Shown here: positions 35,596-61,499 of the stretch, piece by piece
Layout of the letters: every line of letters begins with the position of its first letter
Numbering within the stretch: position 1 is the stretch's first letter
DNA from: Macrostomum lignano
Taxonomy: Eukaryota
Reading direction: 5' to 3'
DNA: 64,000 nucleotides
Assembly (NCBI GenBank): GCA_002269645.1
Contig: NIVC01001046.1
Location: 186,001-250,000, forward strand
Translations under genes and position numbers: made by a program
Notes under the pieces: generated by a model
The model's input: the letters and a program-made list of their open reading frames with translations, nothing else
Databases searched by the model: none
What the model was told of the DNA's origin: nothing

Positions 35596-37688
35596 ATGGA
35601 TGCTTTTACTGACAACAACAGCGACGCATTGTCAGAGGTTGCAAGTTCGACTCCTAGCATGGAGCATCAGTACAAACGAAAGCAGAAAAAGTTGCAGCAG
35701 CAGCCGCAGCCGCACCAGGAGCAGCAGCAGCAATCGAAGCCGCCTTACAGCTACATCGCGTTGATCGCCATGGCGATTATGCAGTCTCCAGACAGGAAGC
35801 TGACACTTAGCGGCATCTGCGACTTCATTGCCAACAGATTTCCGTATTACAGAGACAGGTGCTCGCTGGAGAGTTTTTGCTTCATTTTTATTTGCTTTGT
35901 CGGGCTTAAATGCTGTACGGGTATTCAATATTACAACACTGTCCGTTTCACAAAAGACAGATTTTTTTGGCTTTAAGACCCGGGGACTACTCTGTATTGA
36001 GTACTGGGTAGTCCCTATTAAGACTATGGACTCCAAAATGATCGTTAAATCCCACTGACCAAAGCCCCACTGATCAAAAATCCCACTGACCCAAAATCCC
36101 ACTGACCCAAAACCCCTCTGACCCAAAATCCCACTGACCCAAACCCCCTCTGACCAAAACTCCCACAGCCCCAAACCCCTGCCCCAAAATCCCACTGACT
36201 CAAAACCCCTCTGACCCAAAATCCCACTGACCCAAAACCCCTCTGACCAAAACTCCCACTGCCCCAAACACCTGACCCAAAATCCCACTGACCAAAACCC
36301 CTCTGATCCAAACACCTGACCCAAAATCCCACTGACCAAAAATCCCACTGACCAAAACTCCCACTGACCCAAAATCCACTGCTCCAAAATCCCACTACTG
36401 ACCAAAAATCTCATCGACCCAAAATCCCGCTAACCGACCCAACATCAAAATGAACCAAAATCTGACTGACCCAAAGCCCCCGCAATCCTCCGGCAGATTC
36501 CCAGCCTGGCAGAACAGCATCAGGCACAATCTGTCCCTGAACGACTGCTTCGTGAAGGTGCCTCGCGAGCCGGGCAATCCAGGTAAGGGCAATTACTGGG
36601 CCCTGGATCCCCGCTCGGAGGACATGTTCGACAATGGCAGCTTCCTCAGACGCCGGAAGCGGTACAAACGACAATCGGCTCCGCTGACTGACCTGCTGCT
36701 CCAAGCTTACGAGTATCGCCTGCCGCCAGCAGCGCTTCCTTCGATGCCGCCGCCGCCACTGCAGCTGCCGGTGCCGCTGCCGCAGATGCCTCTGCCAGAA
36801 GTACTGACTTTGCCAGACTCCTTCAGCATTGACTGTCCGATGGGATTGAAGCCAGGTATAGATGAAGCCAGGTATAGATGAAGCCAGGTATAGATGAAGC
36901 CAGGTATAGATGGGATTGAAGCCAGGTATAGATGAAGCCAGGTATAGATGGGACTGAAGCCAGGTATAGATGGGATTGAAGCCAGGTATAGATGGGATTG
37001 AAGCCAGGTATAGATGGGACTGAAGCCAGGTATAGATGGGATTGAAGCCAGGTATAGATGGGATTGAAGCCAGGTATAGATGGGACTGAAGCCAGGTATA
37101 GATGGGATTGAAGCCAGGTATAGATGGGATTGAAGCCAGGTATAGATGAAGCCAGGTATAGATGAAGCCAGGTATAGATGAAGCCAGGTATAGATGGGAT
37201 TGAAGCCAGGTATAGATGGGATTGAAGCCAGGTATAGATGAAGCCAGGTATAGATGGGATTGAAGCCAGGTATAGATGGGATTGAAGCCAGGTATAGATG
37301 GGATTGAAGCCAGGTATGGATGGGACTGAAGCCAGGTATAGATGTGATTGAAGCCAGGTATAGATGGGATTGAAGCCAGGTATAGATGGGACTGAAGCCA
37401 GGTTTAAATGGATCAAAGCCAGGTAGTGTCTCAGGTATGAGAACGTCATGCACAAAATAATGACCCGCAGGTTACCCTCCAGCTTTGCGGACTGCTCAGG
37501 TTTTGTACTCAGACAGGTGCGGCAGCAGCAGCAGCAGCCGAAACAGCAACAAGGATGTACTACAGCCTCCAGCTCCGCTGTCCTTCCTGCCGCCGCCTGC
37601 TCCGCTGCACCTGTCGTTTCCGTGGCAGCTTCTGGAATTTTCTGCACCTTACGTGCCGCAGCGGCTGCCTTTGCCCGAGTGGATTTGA
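35596..37688 (+). CDS. foxD: Forkhead box D transcription factor; exons 35596-35858, 36497-36855, 37471-37688
   Basis: [41 protein letters not shown]|[58 protein letters not shown] is a FoxD-type forkhead domain. An eh1-like FSID segment is present. Junctions are frame-compatible. Confidence 0.93.
36050..36430. repeat. Intronic minisatellite (cccaaaatcccactga-type) in FoxD intron 1
   Basis: Visible tandem units. Confidence 0.9.
36839..37405. repeat. 22/16-bp minisatellite (gatgggattgaagccaggtata) overlapping the FoxD exon 2 donor
   Basis: The first unit starts inside exon 2. Every unit contains CCAG|GTATAG. Confidence 0.9.
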
Positions 37689-38254
37689 CACAGCCAATAA
37701 ATCACTTTTAAAGTAAAGGTTAACAGTTTGCATAAAAAAGATTTCCATACATATCGGGAAGACAAACACCCAAGTGATGTTGCAACAAGTTGGTGGCCTG
37801 CCTAACTGCAGACAAAAGACCTGAAATTGTTGAGGCCAAGAACTAGAAATGGCTTACTAGCTCAGTGTCACTACTTTTTGTCCATTTCATCTTGAAGAAA
37901 AATCTTTTCAACAGGTCTTTTTCTTCATTGCTAATGCTCAAGTGTTTTGCGTCCTTAGTTTCTGCAAGATTGTTTTAGGAAGCTAGTCAGTTGACTTTTG
38001 GTTAACCCGGGCCTTATGTGCTGCGACTCTCAGTGGCTAAGTGGCCAGTGGAAACCTACGGAGAGCGCTGAGCTGCCCCACTTGAGCGGCCTGGCTCATC
38101 TCGTCGGCGTATCGATTTGAGCTGTCAATCAATATTACCAAAAAGTCTTGCTGCCCTCTCTAGTGGATACTACTGACGGGGGGCGCAGGCACCGCGAAAA
38201 GGCCGCGAGGCCCCTATCGCAGCTCTAGTGGATAACAGCTTTCTGTCTGTACAG

Positions 38255-39030
38255 AGATGTCTGTAGGATTTATGTCTGTAGAATGTCGGTACAGGAATGT
38301 CTGTAGAATGTCGGTACAGGAATGTCTGTAGAATGTCGGTACAGGAATGTCTGTAGAATGTCGGTACAGGAATGTCTGTAGAATGTCGGTACAGGAATGT
38401 CTGTAGAATGTCGGTACAGGAATGTCTGTAGAATGTCGGTACAGGAATGTCTGTAGAATGTCGGTACAGGAATGTCTATAGGATGTTGGTACAGCAATGT
38501 CTGTAGGATGTTGGTACAGCAATGTCTGTAGGATGTTGGTACAGCAATGTCTGTAGGATGTTGGTACAGGAATGTCTGTAGGATGTTGGTACAGGAATGT
38601 CTGTAGGATGTTGGTACAGCTATGTCTGTAGAATGTTGTTGGTACAGCAATATCTGTAGAATGTTGTTGGTACAGGAATGTCTGTAGGATGTTGGTACAG
38701 CAATGTCTGTAGGATGTCGGTATAGGAATGTCTGTAGGATGTCGGTACAGGAATGTCTGTAGGATGTTGGTACAGGAATGTCTGTAGGATGTTGGTACAG
38801 CAATGTCTGTAGGATGTTGGTACAGGAATGTCTGTAGGATGTCGGTACAGGAATGTCTGTAGAATGTTGGTACAGCAATGTCTGTAGAATGTCGGTACAG
38901 GAATGTCTGTAGGATGTTGGTACAGGAATGTCTGTAGGATGTTAGTACAGGAATGTCTGTAGAATGTTGGTACAGGAATGTCTGTAGAATGTTGTTGTTG
39001 CAGCAATGTCTGTAGGATGTTGGTACAGGA
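38255..39030. repeat. 25-bp minisatellite (gaatgtcggtacaggaatgtctgta)
   Basis: Visible tandem units. Confidence 0.9.
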
Positions 39031-39719
39031 TGGATCAGCTCTGGTTTCGATATACATATTTATTGATTACCCATTCTCCACATGCTCTACTGTATCTAAA
39101 ACACATCGTTATCTGATAGTACAATCTGTACTTTGGTGAACAAGACCGCACATGCAGCTAACCATAATGCTTTTTCTGACTGTTGGCTTCTAATATATAG
39201 ACATTGTGCGAATATCGCTGTGCCTTCCGTACACAAATTCTTGAAAATCAAAAGTTTTTCGTGAGATGTAAAAGTTACATAAAAATCAATTTGTTTCAAT
39301 TTATTCTAAGCAAACAAATCGAAGTTGAATTCAATTTTGAAAGCCTTAAAAATTTTAATCAGGCTGGAAAAAATTAAAGCTGGTGATTGCATCTTTTAGA
39401 ACTTGTTGCTAGGGCCGAAATTCTGGGCGAGTTTAGACGTTACGATCGATCTTATCGAAGCAAATTCCCTGTGTCTGGAAAAGCTTATCTGTGTACTTAA
39501 TCTGTCCTCGATTGTATAGAGGGTCAATCGTTACTAAGGCTTCCTGTTTATTGATAAAAAATAGTTTGATCCAATCGAGACAGTGCTAGGCTTTAGATTG
39601 ATGCACCCCTATGAGTGAATCTGGCATTTTAATTCCACTGATCCTCTGTGGCTGACGAGTGAGTGGGAGGATGAGAGAGTTGATTGAGCTAATCAGCAAA
39701 GCCAAGTAGAGGTTTTGTT

Positions 39720-41186
<1,467 letters not shown>

Positions 41187-42289
41187 CAGGATCCAGCTGG
41201 CGAAAGTGCACTCCTACATCGGTGCCATGGCTCGCACATGAAAACGCACCTCTTAAGGACCAACTAGAGAAATGCAGCAGGAAAGATGCTTCGGAGTTTA
41301 TGGCCGGAACTGCAGGCACATCTGGCTGCCGGCGGGGGGCCGCTCAGGAGGGACTGACGAAGCGGGGCAGCCCCCAGACAGAGCGGCGCTGGGGACTCTG
41401 CAGCTACGGGGGAAGGAACCCGACATTCCACTTCATCCATCTACGGCAGCTGCGCTTGTTTTTTTAAGGCCACAACGGCCGTGCTTTTCATTGCCGCAGC
41501 TAACCCCCCCATTCACCCCACCCCCCTACATGTATACGACCGACACCAAAAAGCGATGACAGACAGACAGACAGAGACGTACGCGCACCGAAACTGAAGG
41601 CTGCCGCCGGGCTGCAACAGCCGGTCAGGACCGAGTCACGGACGGCTGCAAAGTGCGACAAGGAATTTAGGCAATTTGCTGCTCCCATTGTCAAGAGCAG
41701 CAAATTGCCTAAATTCCTTGCCCCAGATCCCAGTTGGTATCGAAGCCGTGGTGCGGGGAGGGGTTGCAGTTACAAGAAACAAGGCGCGAAAGCAAAATAA
41801 TTTAGAATATGGCGGTGAAACTTGAAGCCGCCAATGACTGGCGAGCCCGCGGCGCAACCAGCCACTGCCATCTGGTCGGGGTCCGTTAAGAATTTTGTGT
41901 TGTTTTTGTTATCGCCACTTTGAATGTCCATGGACTCCTAGATTCTACTGGACTGGAAGCAAAATTGCCGCCTGTACAAGATGGGGGCATTCTTTCTTCC
42001 CCAACCAGTCCGTTCCTCAGCCACCAATAGAAGCAATCATGGAAAATAAGTTTCGAGCGCAAGACAGAATCTCATTTATTAATGCAATTAAAAATATCTT
42101 ATGAGTGACATGCCAAAAACTACTATTTCAGAATTCGGCACAGTTTATTTATGCAGGATTGGCAATTTAAATAATCATCAATCAGCAAACAGTTTGTGAA
42201 CAAATGCAGATAAATAAAGTTTTAGAGTCCCTAAATTAGAGTGCAATCGAGGAGACAAGGCAACAGTTATCAGTTATCAAGCCAACGTG

Positions 42290-43483
42290 CAATCGGTCTA
42301 ATGATACCAAATTGTTATCCATACGTTTTCTTGCCACGCTCATGGCTAGAGAGCTCTTTTGCCAGGTTCTTCATCATGCAGTTGAAAAAGGCCCTTGCCA
42401 GTCCGGTCTTGACATCGTGGCCCATTGTACAGGTGGTCAACATTGCGAGGCACTCCAGGAACTGTTCGTCATCGGTCATTTCATCAGCGAGTCTGCAGAA
42501 TGCTTCATCTACTCCAGTTACCTGGCCGTGGCCCGCTTGCCGTGCTCGACCCTGCTAGCGACGTAGACCCCGTCAATAAAACCAGAGTGGCTAACCTCTC
42601 GAATTGCGCCAGCTTTGATGCTCTCAGATTCCAATAGCTTTTACTATCCAGACCATCTTTATTCTTTAGAGTCAACTCGAGCAGTGATGGGGGCTTAGTT
42701 GGTGACAGTGCGATTGTCCGGGAGAGCTTTCACTGCTTCGAGCAGGTCCTCTGCCATATCCAACAAACGTGCATCCTGAGCATCCTGAGTATCCTGAGTA
42801 TCCTAGCATCCTGAGTGCAAACGCTAGTCTTGCCGGCATCCTCATTCCAGTTCAATCGCGACATGAGGTTGACCAGTTGGTTAAGCGTAGATACTCGTAC
42901 CTTGCCATCAATTAGGAGATCGCTGAATCGGTTTATCTTCAGGGGCACTCCACTGACAGCACAGCTCACAGTGTGGTCTTGGAATCCTGTTGGCTTGCCG
43001 TCCTCTAGCTCGGTTTAGCTTGCAGCACACAGTAAAAGTCGCTAGTTGCGATAGAATCGGCCTCTTGAAAACTGTCAATTTCATTTTGCCAGGCGGTGTG
43101 CTCCCGCTGCAGACGCTCCAATGACGTTGCCGTTGCTTGCCGGAATAGTTTCGCAACACGCGAGAGATGAGAAGGAGCATTAGGAAAATACTCGTAGATT
43201 GAATCGCTCCGCTCCTGCCTTCAAGTATTTTTATTTTTCATTTTTCGCCTAAATTCACGTCTAGCAAATTCTGCGCTGGGTGGAATGCACGGAGCCGATT
43301 CTCGAATTCTTAATTGGTTCGAAATCTTCCCTTGGGTTTACTCGCTTCTGTTGGCTTCGTGCAATGTTGACTTCTAAGTAGCTCAGGGTCCAGCAAAGGA
43401 TAGCTGTGTAAGGTGAGACCTTCTGTTGTGCCGTCGGCGTCGGCTCGATTTGAGTTGCCAAATGCTGAGCAGGTCATGACCAT
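42290..43483 (-). pseudogene. Decayed THAP-domain gene, possibly a P/THAP9-type transposase deletion derivative
   Basis: MVMTCSAFGNSNR...LTLHSYPLLDPELLR, then after a frameshift EVNIAR...FEPIKNSRIGSVHS, matches the THAP consensus with Cys/Phe substitutions. Downstream coding-like pieces end LTTCTMGHDVKTGLARAFFNCMMKNLAKELS. Confidence 0.55.
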
Positions 43484-45659
43484 TGCAAAAGAACGAGGCA
43501 GCAGAAAAAATAGCAAAAAAGATTTCTGCCGGGAAGGTGACTGTGCAAGGTACCTTATACTCGAAAAGAGAGGGGGAAAGTGGCTATAGGAAATTAGATG
43601 ATTCATGTATTTTCTATCCCATCACCCCCGGTTTCCTTATTCAAACCGCTTGTCAATGTACAGCCCGACAGTCTGTGTCACTGTCTTTTCGTGCAGTTGC
43701 TCACTTTGGCAGGCTGGAACTCGATATGTACGCGTCTGCTTGTTTGGGACTGCCGTGAGGGAAGAGTGTTGCAGAGAAGGCCCCCACTCCTCTCTTCCTC
43801 AGAAGCCCACACGTTGGGGGAAACTTTGCCCCCATGTTGTACAGAAAAAAAATGTTTTCTTTTTCGCTTCCTGTCCCGGTGCTTCTATATAGTCGTCCAT
43901 GGAATGTCAGAGCTGGCGTGCCGATTCAAGAAAATAGTACGAGATCCTGGCGCTCGATCCGATCTGGCAAACGGATCTGAAAGCAGAACGCACTAAGAAG
44001 TTGCCAGATGTTAAGTCACTGGTCTAAGTTCAGCGAAGTTTCTTTGTTTGGGAAGAACAAAGTCTGTCTGATGCAAAGCATCACCAAGATCATCCAAGCT
44101 GAGCCGTACTGCTCACTCGGAAGCTGTTACTATTGAGATAAAATGCAGACAAAAACTCGCGATAAGCTCGTAGTTGATCTTTCAGACGTCCTCCAAGATG
44201 AAGCAACCTGTTGCGCCTTCGGTGGCATAAAAGATAAAATGACAAAAACACTGACTAGAACCTACACATCTTTCTCAAAAAATAAAATTCAGGAACTTCA
44301 TCAAAACAACTTGCTCGGGAATGCGATGTCTATGCCCGAAACCGCCTTTACCAACGGATCTCTCGCCAGTTTTAGCTGACTGACTACGCGAGACGATCCG
44401 AGTGTATTTGTAACCTTGACAACTGGGAGCAGCAGCCCGGTCAGATGCAGGTGCAGAGTCGCAGCACTCGGGACGACTTCAGCGTGGCGGCCATGAGCCT
44501 GGCCCTGCTCCGGCTGCAGGGAGCCAGTCGAGACTGGCGCACATTCAGCGACAGCGAAGACTCCAACTGGAGCCGTCGTCGGCGGCAGTTGTCGCGCTGC
44601 AGGCACCGCCGCCGGAAGCAAATCCAGTTCGGCAGATTCGACAAGAAGATTAGAGAGCCACCAGAGCCGTTGCAAGGCGAACCTTTCCGGCTGAAAGAAA
44701 CGAACGGCAAAGCCGATGATGAAGCGAGAAAACAGCGGTGGCCTGGCAGTGCGGAGACCCCCAGGTGGACCTACAGCTTGGAAGTTCGAATTCACCGACT
44801 GGAACCGGAGAGCCAGACCGGAAGACCCAGACGGACGCCTTCAGCGCCGGCCAGGGGCGGCTGCTGGAGAAGCGGCAGCGGCAGTTCCAGCACGTCGCCA
44901 GCCAGGCGACACGCCAGGCAGCGCACACTGAGGCAGCCGCCATCGCAGCTGCTGCGCTCTCAGCTGGCGCCGGCTCGGAACAACTACAACCTGACGCCGG
45001 CAATCTCGATGACCTCTGGCCCGGACTCGGACACGACTGAAGAAAGCTCTGCTTGCTCGCCCAGTCCCGCTGCCCTGTGCGATCGGTGCAGTCTGGCTGG
45101 TTGTCGCCGAGCTCCGACTTGGAGGCAGCGGCATCGGGACTGCAGGGCTGCTGGCGATCCGTCTGGATTCTCTACCTTTCAAGCAGCCGCGATGGCTTCT
45201 CCAGGGGCGCCGGCTCAGCACTGGAGCCTGGGATCCCGTCAGCTCCAGCAGCAGCAGCAACACCAGATTCACCTGCAAAGGCTCTATCAGCAGCAGCAGA
45301 TTCCGAACTGCTGGCACGCCTGCTACAGTCGGGCGCCCCAGTTTGGCAGCGGAATCTGCGGCCAAACTCGACTATCGCAGCCAACTTTTTAAAGGCCTTT
45401 CCAACCTGCTTCTCGCGTCTGGATCGAAATGATTGAGTTTTTTTCTTGCATTCTCATCTCCTTTGGCGCACAAAAAGCTCATTTTTAGAGAGAATATATT
45501 TCTAAAATCTAATGCATTTTTCGTCAGGACGAAACGAACCGGGGCTCAAATTTTTCAAAAGTGATTTTGTGCGACGCCTCGATAAGAAGTCTCCACTGCA
45601 CTGAAAGCAATTGACATCTATTGTGGTCACCTGCCTTCCTCCTGAGCTGGCTTTCAATC

Positions 45660-46375
45660 ACGTTACATCACGAAACGACACATCACATCACATCAAACCA
45701 TATCACATCACATCACCTCACATCATATCACATCACATCACATCACCTTAGATCACATCACCTCACATCACGTCACATCACATCATATCACATCACATCA
45801 CCCACATCATATCACATCACATCACATCACCTCACATCACGTCACATCACATCACATCACATCACCTTACATCACCTCACCTCACATCACATCACATCAC
45901 CTTACATCACATCACCTCACATCACGTCACATCACATCATATCACATCACATCACCCACATCATATCACATCACATCACATCACCTCACATCACGTCACA
46001 TCACATCACATCACATCACCTTACATCACCTCACCTCACATCACGTCACATCAACTCACATCATATCACATCACATCGCATCACCTTACATCACATCACC
46101 TCACATCACGTCACATCACATCATATCACATCACATCACATCACGTCACATCACATCACCTCACATCACATCACATCACCTCACATCACATCACATCACG
46201 TCACATCACATCACCTCACATCACATCACATCACCTCACATCACATCACATCACATCACATCACATCACCTTACATCACATCACCTCACATAACATCCCG
46301 TCACATCACATCATATCACATCACCTCACATCGCCACACATCACATCACATCACGTCGCGTCGCGTCGCATTGCA
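45660..46375. repeat. (CATCA)n-type pentamer satellite
   Basis: Direct observation. Confidence 0.95.
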
Positions 46376-46844
46376 TCACATGTATTTCATGTACTACCTG
46401 CAAGTACTTAGCTAATTTTTTCGACAGCTTTAGCGAGCACTGATGCGGCTTAAAGAGGAGATGCAAAAGCAGCGCCCATTTAGAACACCACTCTGTCCTA
46501 CTGCTTGTACATCTGCTCAGCTGGCAGTGCCAAATTCTAATTAATATTTTGAAGAAAATACGATGGCTACTACTAAAAAGTAATATTAACGCATCGTTAG
46601 AATAAGTCGGGAATAAAAATCAATTAACGGTGGGGATTTTTCCAGCTGGCTCTCACCTGATTGGCCACATGCGGTCTGGGATTTGAGATGGATGTCTTGG
46701 GGATATATCTTAGCTTGGGGAGAGGAGAGGAGAAAACTCACAGATTCGGACCCCAGTCTGCCAGAGTCTGAAGGAAAATCCCGTGAGTAAGCGGTGGTTC
46801 GACCATATTTCTGATACAATCCTGTCGCTCATTACAGATTTTGA

Positions 46845-47840
46845 CACCCATTACCCCTTATCCTGACACCCATTGCACCTAGCTTATCCTGGCACCCATT
46901 GCACCTTATCCTGACACACATTACACCTATCCTGACATCCATTATCCCTATCCTGACACACATTACACCTATCCTGACACACATTACACCTATCCTGACA
47001 CACATTACACCTATCCTGACATCCATCACCCCTATCCTGACACACATTACACCTTATCCTGACACCCATTACACCTATCCTGACACACATTACACCTATC
47101 CTGACATCCATTATTCCTATCCTGACACACATTACACCTATCCTGACATCCATTATCCCTTACCTTGACACCCATTGCACCTTATCCTGACACCCATTGC
47201 ACCTTATCCTGACACACATTACACCTATCCTGACATCCATCACCCCTATCCTGACACACATTACACCTATCCTGACACACATTACACCTATCCTGACACA
47301 CATTACACCTATCCTGACATCCATCACCCCTATCCTGACACACATTACACCTATCCTGACATCCATTATCCCTATCCTGACACCCATTACACCTTATCCT
47401 GACACCCATTACACCTATCCTGACACACATTACACCTATCCTGACATCCATTATCCCTATCCTGACACACATTACACCTATCCTGACATCCATTATCCCT
47501 ATCCTGACACCCATTACCCCTATCCTGACATCCATCACCGCTATCCTGACACACATTACACCTATCCTGACATCCATTATCCCTATCCTGACACCCATTA
47601 CACCTTATCCTGACACCCATTACACCCATCCTGACACCCATTACCCCTATCCTGACATCCATCACCCCTATCCTGACACCCATTACACCTATCCTGACAT
47701 CCATTATCCCTATCTTGACACCCATTACACCTATCCTGACATCCATTATCCCTATCCTGACACCCATTGCATCTTATCCTGACATCCATTACCCCAATCC
47801 TGACCCACATTACCCCTATTCTGACACCCATTACCCCTGC
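46845..47840. repeat. 21-bp minisatellite (acacattacacctatcctgac)
   Basis: Visible tandem units. Confidence 0.92.
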
Positions 47841-48394
47841 AATTTTTTCTGGGTTAGGGGACAAGGCATGCGCTAGTCTACCAAAATTTCCACTCCGAAT
47901 ACAGAATGCACGGCAAATATTGTTCTTAAAATACAATTCGAAATATATTTTCCATGTGCAGCTTTAGTTCGGGCAGCCGTGTTGTGTATTTTGAGCTATA
48001 CAAAAAGATTGAATAGTATTAAGAAACTTTTCCTGTGTGCGAAGCTTGAGGAAAGCTGAAATTGAGTTTTGTCCCAGTGAAGAGCCCTTGACTACTAAGA
48101 AAGCAATTTAGCAATGGTCAGTGATCGGTTTTCCTTCGCTTGAGTCGATTTGAAAAAATCAAGAGAAATAAGGAGAGAAAAAATGCATTCTGTCTTTCAT
48201 TTTGCTCAGGCCAATTACAAAGCTTGATTGTAGATTAGCTCAAGAAATCTCAGGAAACGGACTGTCGGTTTCAAAACTCATTTCAGACGGAGCTCCAGGA
48301 ATCTCCTAAACACGTGTCTGACATTGTCAGAAAGGGCGCCCATATTGTCAAGAGTGGCGTGTACTCTACTATCAGATAGAGCGCACAGGTATCA

Positions 48395-59597
<11,203 letters not shown>

Positions 59598-61499
59598 CGC
59601 ACACAGCTGGGGAGGAGCGAGAGATTAAGCAGAAGATGAGCAAGGTTTTGCCAGTGGCACAAATTCTATACGCTAGACTAATTAACTACCGACATGTTTC
59701 GTAATTAACTTTGTGAAGCACAATGTTTCTATTGTCGTTCTATTTACAATTGGGAATCGTTCTTGGCTATAATATTCAACTTACATTACGTAACTTGTAC
59801 ACATTTAATAATTCAGCTTCCTGTTGTCGATCAATAACAAAATAAAAAACCACTGCTGATTTACACTCATCAGGTGTTGTTCTATTGATGTTTAATGTAC
59901 ATGCAAATTGCTTTGTTAGCTCTGAGATCCGCACTGCTGTTGTACCTCTCGAATACAAAATAGTCAATGAAATCTTGAATAAAATTATCTAATTGTCGTA
60001 TTTATACCAACTTTCCTTAATCTTAATTCGATTAATTAAGTTAAACACGAGAAATTAGATTAAAACAAATAGACAGCTACGCAAATTATTTTTATAAATT
60101 GAAGCACCAACCGCAAGAAAACAGCCATTTGAAAGACAAAAATGCAACTGGGGCAAAAATAGCAAAATACGACGTACAAAAGAAACAAAACAGAAAACAA
60201 GGCAACAGCACAAAAAACACAAAACAATAAATCACAATACAACACGATGCAACACAATGCAACATTCAAAATAAAAATTTAAGGAAACACTAAACTATAT
60301 TGCAATACGAAGCTAAAAAAAATCACAAAATAACTACCGTAATCACAAAGCACAAAACAGAAAATCACAAAATAACTACCGTAATCGCAAAACTGCAAAA
60401 CAAAAAAGCACAAAATAACTACCGTAATTGCAAAGGACTAAACAAAAAATCACAAAATAACTACCGTGTAATCACAAAACTGCAAAACACAAAGCAAAAA
60501 AACACAAAAAAACTGCTAACGAAAGATTTGTATGCATTACAATGAAATCCAACCAGCAGCTTTCTAACGCCAATTTAAGCCTTTTCAAACCTTAAGAGAT
60601 TGCCAATACTTTAAGGTACATCATACGAGTTACTCTAGTCTCAATATTAAACGCAAAGCTTTTCGACTTCAATGCCAAAGAATCTGGCTGATTGAACCAG
60701 GGGAGTCTCGTCTAGTTTAATCGGCTATCGATTACGTACGAGTACCGAAGCAATTCAGTGACCGCGAGTGGCACCGTGTGATTGACAGGCGACTGTAGAC
60801 TTGATATTGATTTGTTGAAATTAGATAATCTTTCTGATTTTAAAGCTTATAATATAGCTACTACTTTTCAAAGCAACAAAAACTTTTACACTTAAAATTT
60901 AGTTGAGTAGGAGACAGAACTATCAATGAAATTTTATGGCTAAAATTTAGCTAAAAATTACAATAAAACGAGGGTTATACAGTGCACTTTAGATCAAAAT
61001 AAATAATATGATAAATGGCAAGCCATTCTTGGACGCTTATGCAGCTCGTAGCTGTGCTGTGAAATAATAAATAACAAAGCTATCGGAATATGGAATTATT
61101 TAAAATTCTATTATTACGTTATTAAAGCGCTTATCAACTACTGAAAACTAATTTCAATCAGTAGTTTTGCCGAACATTAACAGGGTTACTACTGATATAA
61201 TGAGTAAATCGATTAAGCTACTGATAAAATGCTTATTAACTACTGAAAACGAATCTATCAGTAAATTTGTTGGATTTTAACAGATTTAAAAATGAACAAA
61301 GAAGTATTTCGTATATGAATAAGCTATGGACAAGGTGGTAATAGATATTTTGCATATTTTTATTTCGAAGAAAAGTTAATTGTGAAATAACGTACTAAGA
61401 AAGGTTTATTAATCCATATAAAGAAAAAAGGGGTGCCATAGTGTCGGGGCGCCATACTATGAGGGCGCCATACTGTGGGGGCGCCATGCTCGCACGGGC

